From Candidatus Kaiserbacteria bacterium CG10_big_fil_rev_8_21_14_0_10_47_16 (GTDB lineage: Bacteria > Patescibacteriota > Minisyncoccia > Phycocordibacterales > UBA918), in the NCBI GenBank assembly GCA_002773395.1, contig PFBI01000006.1:335860-399859 (forward strand): a stretch of 64,000 bases of DNA. Reading direction: 5' to 3'. Under the pieces are notes generated by a model that was not told the DNA's origin, made no database searches, and saw nothing but the letters and a program-made list of their open reading frames with translations. Shown piece after piece: positions 57,077 through 64,000 of this stretch. The translations under genes were made by a program, and so were the position numbers. Every line of letters begins with the position of its first letter. The first letter of the stretch is position 1.

Positions 57077-58474
57077 ATGCAACATTTACGCACAAAAGTA
57101 TCGCTGCGACACCTACTCATATATATAGGAGTAGCACTTGTACTCGTGGGCTCACTCGCGTCATTTACCGATGCGAGTAGCACCACATTTCGTGCAGGAC
57201 TCCAAGCAGCTGATTCCAGCGGATGCGGAAATCGTGTCGGCACGGCGCAGTACACACCAGACAGTAGTAGTGCAGGATGGTCATCCTATGCATACGATGG
57301 AGGAGGTACGGATGTGACATGCTTTAAAGTGTATTCAGATCCAGGACCAGCGAGTATGGATGTTCGTGTGTGTGTTCAGGCGTATAACAATGGTGTGGTG
57401 TACGCAGAACGATGTACGAATTGGGCCTCTGCAGGTGGTGGATGGTCATCGTATTCTTCAGATAAAGATCTCGATGCAGCGCGCATTAAGGTGGAAAATA
57501 GAGCAATGCCGGCCAACCAAACACTTGCCAGTACATACCTTGGTATACAGCTCGCAAAGGGAACAAATGGCGCGTGTAACCAACCGGGTGCAGCGCGATA
57601 CACGTCAACAAGTGGTGGGTGGTCGAGTTGGGCACTCGACGGATCAGCAGGGGATGCAGATTGCATCCGAGTATTTCTCGGTGCAACCGTTGATACTGCA
57701 ATTTATCCAACAGTGAGTTTCTCTGCAAATCCATCAGTCATCGTGTCGGGCAACTCATCGACGCTCACATGGAGCGCAAGTAACGCGACGAGTTGTACGG
57801 GGTCTGGATTTTCTACCGGAAATGCAACGAGCGGAAATAGAAGCGTCTCGCCAGTCGTTACGACGCAATATAGCGTGCGCTGCTATTCTTCAACAGGACA
57901 CTCAACAATTAAATATGCGACCGTTACCGTAAACAGTCCGACGCCAACAGCGACACTCGAGGTTCGCAATGATACAACAGGGGGTACATATACAGGAAGC
58001 AACATCACGATTAATCAAGGAGAACAAATTAGTCTCAAGTGGAGCTCGAGTAACGCCACCAGTTGTGCAGGAAGTAATTTCTCAACGGGTGGAGCAACGA
58101 GCGGTACACAAAGTTCAATAAATGAACCGGCAGTAGGGAGTAGCGTAACGTACACCCTTATTTGTACTGGCTCAGGAGGCTCAGGAAACGACGCGCTCGT
58201 GGTGACGACAGTAGCACTTCTTCCGCCAACACTCACGTCGCCGCAAGAAGGGGAGCCGGTGCGTCGAAGTGATTCCGCAACGCTTAATTGGAACCTCAAT
58301 GGAAACAATCCTGCGCAGTGTTCATTTACGGGGACAGGAGTCCCGAGCAGTATTAGTGCGCAGACAGGGTCATTCAATATTACGGTAGAGGGAGAATCGA
58401 CAATAACACTCACGTGCCCAGGAGGGAGTGATGATGTTACGATCACCATCGTTCCACAAGTTTTCGAACAGTAA
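57077..58474 (+). CDS. Secreted Ser/Thr/Cys-rich adhesin-like protein, paralog 1
   Basis: Signal peptide, three GWSS repeats, WSxxNATSC Ig-like repeats, ends IVPQVFEQ. Confidence 0.8.
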   Translation: MQHLRTKVSLRHLLIYIGVALVLVGSLASFTDASSTTFRAGLQAADSSGCGNRVGTAQYTPDSSSAGWSSYAYDGGGTDVTCFKVYSDPGPASMDVRVCVQAYNNGVVYAERCTNWASAGGGWSSYSSDKDLDAARIKVENRAMPANQTLASTYLGIQLAKGTNGACNQPGAARYTSTSGGWSSWALDGSAGDADCIRVFLGATVDTAIYPTVSFSANPSVIVSGNSSTLTWSASNATSCTGSGFSTGNATSGNRSVSPVVTTQYSVRCYSSTGHSTIKYATVTVNSPTPTATLEVRNDTTGGTYTGSNITINQGEQISLKWSSSNATSCAGSNFSTGGATSGTQSSINEPAVGSSVTYTLICTGSGGSGNDALVVTTVALLPPTLTSPQEGEPVRRSDSATLNWNLNGNNPAQCSFTGTGVPSSISAQTGSFNITVEGESTITLTCPGGSDDVTITIVPQVFEQ

Positions 58475-58556
58475 TTTTTCTTGTCCACAAAAGAAGCGCA
58501 ACGGCGAAGCCGTTTTGTGTACTCATGAGTGATACACTTATTCTATATAGTCATAT

Positions 58557-59606
58557 ATGGATACCACTCTTTATACACAACCAGAGGGATATGGTGCATC
58601 AAAAAGTACCAAAGCATCAATCCCGACAGCGTTTGTTATTATTACCGTTATCGTGGGGGCAGTGTGGCACGTCTACCAACAAGGAGGACTTCAGTTTCTG
58701 CCGCTAGACCGCAATACGGCACATATTGAAAGTGAAGGGAACCTTCTTCCGGGAGATATTATGTTTTTTACAAAAACACCTCTCGAGTATCCTGATGGCA
58801 CACAAACATACGGTGTCGCGCTCCACTCGAGTGACGGTGTCGTCTCAGATGTAGTTCCTATTACACCGGAGTTACCGATGACGGATGTGAGCAGCTCGCC
58901 GAGAGGAGATATGTTGGCAGTGGTGTATAACGGCTTTGGTAGGGAACCATCACGAATTGAAATTATTACGATTGATGGTCGTGATCGACAGGTTGTTGCA
59001 GAAGCAGACGATGTATTTTTCTCTACACCGGTTTGGTCGGGTGATGGCGAGAGTATTCTGTATGCGCGTAACACTCTCGATCATTCGTTGCCGAGAGAGG
59101 ATGTGGTTGCTCACCCAAGTAAGCGAGAGCTCGTGCGTCTTTCTCTAAGGGACTCCGCTACTGCGACAATCGGAGAAGGTATTCCGATTGGGCTCTCTTA
59201 TGATGGTACACAGTCACTTCTAGTTAACTCGTCGGACGAGCTTGTTATGACAAATGCAGACGGTACACAGAAAGTACTCGCGCCGCTCGGTTCATTTGAA
59301 TATTTTGAAAGTAGTCTGTCACAAGATGGTCGTACGGTAGTGGTAGTAGTCGATGATCGCGTCCAGATCATGACACTCAATTGGAAACTGAACACGGTTG
59401 AATTCCAAACAGCGTTCAATGATGTTGTAATGAGTTCCGTGTTTGATCAAGGGGGAACTCCTCTGCTTCTTTTCCCGAACGGTACCCTCAGAACATATGC
59501 GCTCACCGATCTGGGGTGGATACCGGTTGAGAAATATACTGTGCGAGCACAGTTTCAGGATGGTGCGGTAAAGTTACTTCGTTGGAATAATACAATGTCA
59601 CTATGA
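58557..59606 (+). CDS. Membrane-anchored TolB-like beta-propeller, paralog 2
   Basis: IPTAFVIITVIVGAVWH matches paralog 1 IPHAFVVITIIVGSVWH; PVWSGDG. Confidence 0.8.
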   Translation: MDTTLYTQPEGYGASKSTKASIPTAFVIITVIVGAVWHVYQQGGLQFLPLDRNTAHIESEGNLLPGDIMFFTKTPLEYPDGTQTYGVALHSSDGVVSDVVPITPELPMTDVSSSPRGDMLAVVYNGFGREPSRIEIITIDGRDRQVVAEADDVFFSTPVWSGDGESILYARNTLDHSLPREDVVAHPSKRELVRLSLRDSATATIGEGIPIGLSYDGTQSLLVNSSDELVMTNADGTQKVLAPLGSFEYFESSLSQDGRTVVVVVDDRVQIMTLNWKLNTVEFQTAFNDVVMSSVFDQGGTPLLLFPNGTLRTYALTDLGWIPVEKYTVRAQFQDGAVKLLRWNNTMSL

Positions 59607-62290
59607 TGTCTATGCAGCACATACAACATATTCTGAAGATAGTGTCTCTAACTCTGTTCATTTTCGGCGGATTTGTCATGCTCCCATCTCAAGTAGAGGC
59701 GAGTGGGACAACACTTGTTGCGGGACTTCGGGCAATGGACGTCAATAGCCAGTACTGTTCCCAGCGTGAAGGTTCACCAGGATATACGCCAGATACAACA
59801 AGCGCTGGCTGGTCGTCTCTCGTGCGAGACACAGGAGGGGCCGACATCAGTTGTGTAAAAGTATATGCAGACCCTGGGCCATCAACGAAAGATGTTCGAA
59901 TTTGTATACAATTAGAAAACAACGGAACGTATTTTTCTTCAGTCTGCACGAGCTGGGCCTCAGAAGGTACAAACGGTGATAGTGTGTCCTCATGGTCTGC
60001 AGGGAAAGACAATGACGGCATTCGCATTTCGGTTGAGAACAGAGATATGCCGTCAGGGCAGACGATAAGCGATGTTCAGCTTGGCATCCAGCTTTCAAAA
60101 AAGAATAGTGGTATATGTAATCAGCCTGGTACTACTCAGTACACGCCGATTGGTGGAGGGTGGTCATCTTATGCTGTTGATGGGGGCAACGGGGGATACG
60201 GAGGAGACTTTGACTGCACGAAGGTATATCTGAACTCAACCATCACCACAGCACCGAGCCCAATATATCCAACGGTTACATTGACCGCAGATCAAAACCC
60301 AATCACTACAGGGGGATCCACCACACTCCGTTGGACTTCAAGTAATGCGTCATCATGTAGCGCAATTGCAGGAAGTGGATTCTCAGTGAGTTCTACAAAC
60401 GGAAGTGACGGAATTTCACCAACCTCTTCCCAAACATATACAATTCGCTGCTATTCATCGACGGGGCACAGCTCCTCAAAGTCAGTGAATATGGTGGTGA
60501 ACGCTGCGACAGCCCCCACAGCATCACTTTCTGCGAGCAGTAACTCGGTGTCATCAGGAAGTACGGTGACACTCACGTGGTCTTCAACAAACGCAACGAG
60601 TTGTTCAGGTACGGGGAGTGGCTTCGCAACAGGCAACGCAACCAGTGGAACAGACACCGTAAACCCAACTGTCGACACTACTTACACACTCACGTGTACT
60701 GGCACTGGTGGCACAGGTACTGATTCAGAAACAATTACTATTATTGTCACAGGTCCGCCGACCGTAACACTTACCGCAACCCCTTCCACGTTTGCGTCAG
60801 GTAGCTCGTCGACACTTACGTGGTCATCGTCTGGCGCAGACACTTGTAGCTCTTACGGATCACCTAGTTTTTCAACCGGAAATGCAACGAGTGGTTCTGT
60901 TTCTATTTCTCCAACAACAAATACTACGTACACCATCCGGTGTTATAACGCCTATGGATATACCAATGCGACCGCAACAGTTACCGTAACTGCGAGCGGG
61001 GGTACAGATCTTATTTCAGCAACACCGACACTTTACTCGGGTTCACTCACTGCAGGAAGTTCGCTCAGGTTTTCAAGTGTAGTTACAAATCAAGGCACTG
61101 TGGATACGTCAACATATTTCTACACTCTCTTTCAAATTGATGTTGATAATAACGGCAGTTATGACTGGACGTACGATTCCTACAATGGAACATTAGCAGC
61201 AGCAAACTCGGCTACGCAAGTAGCAACAAGTTGGACAGCGCTAGGTGGCACGCATTCGGTACGAGCATGTGCGGATACGCATTCATCAGGAGGTTCGAGC
61301 AATAATCGTATTACTGAGAGTGATGAGACCAACAACTGTAGTGCAGCGTATACGTTTACGGTCAGTGCAGCAGACCTCGTGACTGCAACACCAACCATTT
61401 CCCCTACTTCACCTATTGCAGGGAATACGATAACGTTCTCTGCAGTGGTTACAAACCAAGGAAGTGTGGACGCAGGAAGTTCGCCAACGCTCTTCGAGCT
61501 CGATATAAATAACGACGGTAGCTACGATTGGACAGGGAACAGTGGTGTAGGTTCGATTAACGCAGGGAGTACTCGAACCTACACACCAAACGGTGCAAAC
61601 AGTACACAAACAACGTGGACCGCAACTGCGGGGACACACACCATTCGCGCCTGTGCGGATAATTATTATCCTGATGGAAATTTCTGGGATAATCGTGTGA
61701 CAGAAAGTGATGAAAATAACAACTGCGCAACGTACACGTTTACGGTTGTAAACCCTGTACCGACCGCAACGCTTGAAGTACAAAATACGACAACCGGCGG
61801 TGCGTACACAACCAATGACATCAGCATTAGTAATGATGATCAGATCGCGCTTCGGTGGTCTTCAACGAATGCAACTTCATGCTCGGGATCAAACTTCTCT
61901 GCAGGAGGAACAACGAGTGGAACGCAGAGTTCTATTACTGAGCCGAGTCCTGGAAGTAGTACAACGTACACGCTTGTGTGTACAGGTGCTGGAGGGACAG
62001 GGAGCGACCCGCTTACGGTAACAACTGCAGCACTCTCGCCACCGACACTTACCTCAACACAGTCGGCCGAACCAGTTCTCTTAGGAAGCTCCGCAACGTT
62101 CAATTGGAACCTTAACGGAAATACCCCAGCCCAGTGTTCATTTGTTGGTAGTGGCGCCCCAGGGTCTATCAGTGCCCAAACAGGCTCATTCAACACAACG
62201 GTGCAAGGAGAAACCCGAGTGACGCTGTCGTGTCCGGGAGGTAATGTGTCGGTAACCGTCCGTGTGATTCCGAAGGTGTACGAGGAATAA
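59603..62290 (+). CDS. Secreted adhesin-like protein with CARDB domains, paralog 2
   Basis: Same N- and C-terminal domains as paralog 1, extra Ig-like repeats and two CARDB-like units (VTNQG...RACAD...ESDExNNC); ends VIPKVYEE. Confidence 0.82.
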   Translation: MMSMQHIQHILKIVSLTLFIFGGFVMLPSQVEASGTTLVAGLRAMDVNSQYCSQREGSPGYTPDTTSAGWSSLVRDTGGADISCVKVYADPGPSTKDVRICIQLENNGTYFSSVCTSWASEGTNGDSVSSWSAGKDNDGIRISVENRDMPSGQTISDVQLGIQLSKKNSGICNQPGTTQYTPIGGGWSSYAVDGGNGGYGGDFDCTKVYLNSTITTAPSPIYPTVTLTADQNPITTGGSTTLRWTSSNASSCSAIAGSGFSVSSTNGSDGISPTSSQTYTIRCYSSTGHSSSKSVNMVVNAATAPTASLSASSNSVSSGSTVTLTWSSTNATSCSGTGSGFATGNATSGTDTVNPTVDTTYTLTCTGTGGTGTDSETITIIVTGPPTVTLTATPSTFASGSSSTLTWSSSGADTCSSYGSPSFSTGNATSGSVSISPTTNTTYTIRCYNAYGYTNATATVTVTASGGTDLISATPTLYSGSLTAGSSLRFSSVVTNQGTVDTSTYFYTLFQIDVDNNGSYDWTYDSYNGTLAAANSATQVATSWTALGGTHSVRACADTHSSGGSSNNRITESDETNNCSAAYTFTVSAADLVTATPTISPTSPIAGNTITFSAVVTNQGSVDAGSSPTLFELDINNDGSYDWTGNSGVGSINAGSTRTYTPNGANSTQTTWTATAGTHTIRACADNYYPDGNFWDNRVTESDENNNCATYTFTVVNPVPTATLEVQNTTTGGAYTTNDISISNDDQIALRWSSTNATSCSGSNFSAGGTTSGTQSSITEPSPGSSTTYTLVCTGAGGTGSDPLTVTTAALSPPTLTSTQSAEPVLLGSSATFNWNLNGNTPAQCSFVGSGAPGSISAQTGSFNTTVQGETRVTLSCPGGNVSVTVRVIPKVYEE

Positions 62291-62362
62291 CATTGAGCGA
62301 GCGTATTGCACGGGCTATGGAAATGGGGTATAGTGTGGCCCACTAACGATTTATATTTTACG

Positions 62363-62626
62363 ATGGCAATTACAAAAGGAGCACAAAAAGCACACCGATC
62401 ATCGCTTAAGAAGCGTGTATTCAACACACGTCGCAAAAATGCAATGAACGATGTGGTAAAGAAAATCCGTAAGGCAGCGCTCGGCGGCGAAGCGAAGGAA
62501 GCACAAAGTATGCTTCCGGCAGCGTACAAAGCCATCGATAAGGCAGCGAAAGGTGGTTTGATTAAGCCAAACACTGCAGCACGAAAGAAGTCTCGTCTCG
62601 TTGCGGCTATCAAGCGCGCGAAGTAA
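62363..62626 (+). CDS. rpsT: 30S ribosomal protein S20
   Basis: IDKAAK.G.IKPNTAARKKSRL. Confidence 0.96.
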   Translation: MAITKGAQKAHRSSLKKRVFNTRRKNAMNDVVKKIRKAALGGEAKEAQSMLPAAYKAIDKAAKGGLIKPNTAARKKSRLVAAIKRAK

Positions 62627-62686
62627 TCTTTCTGGATTTTAGAAAAGGGCCCCTTGGGGCCCTTTTTGTTGTGGAATTCTGCCACG

Positions 62687-62881
62687 TTAGTGTGCGGCAC
62701 TTGTTTCGTTGGTTCGGGGATCGACCCCCTTTCGAAGCGCTTCCGCTACACGGATTCTCTCTTCGCATGCGGCACATCCTTCGGCCTTGGCTTTGACGCG
62801 AGCTCCGCGGTCGAGCCCATTATACGAGGTAGAGATTTCTTTGTCTGTGATGCAGACGTGTGGGGCAGTGTTCCTGTCCAT
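62687..62881 (-). CDS. Hypothetical 64 aa protein with HxC and CxxC
   Basis: ATG preceded by AAAGGTG; converges on the rpsT terminator. Confidence 0.4.
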   Translation of the reverse strand: MDRNTAPHVCITDKEISTSYNGLDRGARVKAKAEGCAACEERIRVAEALRKGVDPRTNETSAAH

Positions 62882-62976
62882 GAGGACACCTTTCTTTTGT
62901 GCAGGTCTCTTGTTTATAACTTTGAGTAGAGAGAGAAAGTAACAAAACCGGCGCATATGCACCGGATTTGATTGTT

Positions 62977-63147
62977 GCGGAGGGAGTGAGATTCGGCGTC
63001 CAACTCTAACTCACTACGTTCGTAAGAGTTACCTGCCCGGACTCGCGGGCTCGCGACATTAGGAATAGTCGCTCGCATCGCTCGTCTTTCGAATCTCACT
63101 CTCAATAAATAAAAACATCTGAAAGAATTCAGATGTTTTTATTCAAG
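62977..63147 (-). repeat. Family A element, copy 3 (after tRNA-Ser), with 19 bp tRNA-end duplication
   Basis: GCGAC-ATTAGGAATA-GTCGC at 63053-63072; GCGGAGGGAGTGAGATTCG at 62977 and 63147. Confidence 0.82.
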
Positions 63148-63234
63148 CGGAGGGAGTGAGATTCGAACTCACGGTCCGGTTTCCCAGACTCCTGTTTTCA
63201 AGACAGGTGCAATCGACCACTCTGCCATCCCTCC
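63148..63234 (-). tRNA. tRNA-Ser(TGA)
   Basis: GGAGGGA/TCCCTCC acceptor, CCTGT-CTTGAAA-ACAGG anticodon arm, long variable arm. Confidence 0.96.
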
Positions 63235-63353
63235 AAGGTATGGACTTCTTGATATATTTTGTTCGTCCGTTCTTGTGCTCACTGCGTTTTGCAGTGAGAG
63301 GATAGTAACAAATTAGACCACGGTTGTACATATTCGCATGCTAGAATATACGC

Positions 63354-63824
63354 ATGGCAGAAGCAGTACAAGCAGTGACGTGGGAGGCTACACAGCACCA
63401 TCATATTGAAAAAGGACAGGACTGGTTCTGGATCCTCGGTCTTATTGCGGTCGCAGGAGCGGTAGCCGCATTCATCTTCGGCGACGTACTCTTCGGCGTC
63501 GTTATTCTACTTGGCGCGATTGTGATGGCAGTGTTTGCGCTTCACGAACCAGAGATGAAATTTTTCGCTATTACCACTCGCGGACTTCGTATTGAAGATC
63601 AACTCTATCCATACGCAACCTTGGAATCATATTATATTGATGAAGATCACCCACAGGGAGCACAGCTCCTCATTAAATCAGAACGCATGTTTATGCCACT
63701 TCTGATTATTCCTATTCCGGATGAGTACACTGAAGAAATCGATGAAATCCTCCGTGTACGACTCCTTGAGGAACATTTAGAAGAACCGCTCGCACACCGA
63801 CTACTGGAATTTTTCGGTTTTTGA
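63354..63824 (+). CDS. Hypothetical two-TM protein with PH-like C-terminal domain
   Basis: WEA..H..KGQDWFW, two TMs, ends LLEFFGF. Confidence 0.8.
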   Translation: MAEAVQAVTWEATQHHHIEKGQDWFWILGLIAVAGAVAAFIFGDVLFGVVILLGAIVMAVFALHEPEMKFFAITTRGLRIEDQLYPYATLESYYIDEDHPQGAQLLIKSERMFMPLLIIPIPDEYTEEIDEILRVRLLEEHLEEPLAHRLLEFFGF

Positions 63825-63840
63825 TGTATTCTGTTGCCAC

Positions 63841-63912
63841 GCCTTCATAGTTTAATGGATAGAACGCAGGTTTGCGGTATCTGTAATCCAGGTTCGATTC
63901 CTGGTGAGGGCA
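63841..63912 (+). tRNA. tRNA-Arg(GCG)
   Basis: GCCTTCA/TGAGGGC acceptor; CAGGT-TTGCGGT-ATCTG anticodon arm. Confidence 0.92.
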
Positions 63913-64000
63913 CAAACGCGCGAAAAAGACCTCCCCTGCGGGAGGTCTTTAGCGTTTGTGAGCCGGAGCGATGTTTCGGCTATTCCTAATGCCGAAACCG
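63913..64000 (+). repeat. Family A element, copy 4 (after tRNA-Arg GCG; truncated by the window)
   Basis: CACAAACGC-terminator-GCGTTTGTG, then GGAGCGAT-GTTTCGGC-TATTCCTAAT-GCCGAAAC. Confidence 0.82.

Noticed and set aside
57077-62290. Diversity-generating retroelement TR/VR pair between the adhesin paralogs
   Set aside because: Differences are spread over all bases, largely synonymous rather than adenine-specific, and there is no reverse transcriptase in the window
10222-64000. CRISPR array interpretation of the repeats
   Set aside because: The repeats are dispersed single copies with no repeat-spacer periodicity, and no cas genes are present

Overview
64 kb core-genome window from a Patescibacteria/CPR bacterium, most likely Parcubacteria (Kaiserbacteria-like). 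This is inferred from the missing rpmD between rpsE and rplO, tRNA-Arg(GCG), the CPR-type VirB4/PrgI/pilin cluster and the scarcity of Shine-Dalgarno sites. It spans the yidC-rnpA-rpmH-dnaA-dnaN origin region, a split spc operon (rpsN to secY), infC-rpmI-rplT, ruvA/B/C, polA, holA, tyrS, PBP1A, murE, pilB, five tRNAs and a probable 6S RNA. I saw no CRISPR array, transposase or prophage. The most unusual signals are: (1) a family of about 150-250 bp structured elements that sit just downstream of tRNA or gene terminators and carry a reverse-complement copy of the host gene's own 3' end; (2) an unannotated ~230 nt highly paired RNA with a consensus sigma70 promoter between ruvB and pilB; (3) seven parS sites, three of them written into the yraN coding sequence; (4) two loci pairing DnaA boxes with a repeated ATGTCCTTTA motif far from dnaA; (5) a tandemly duplicated beta-propeller plus Cys-rich adhesin module with a shared C-terminal motif. 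All calls were made by eye; no database searches were run.
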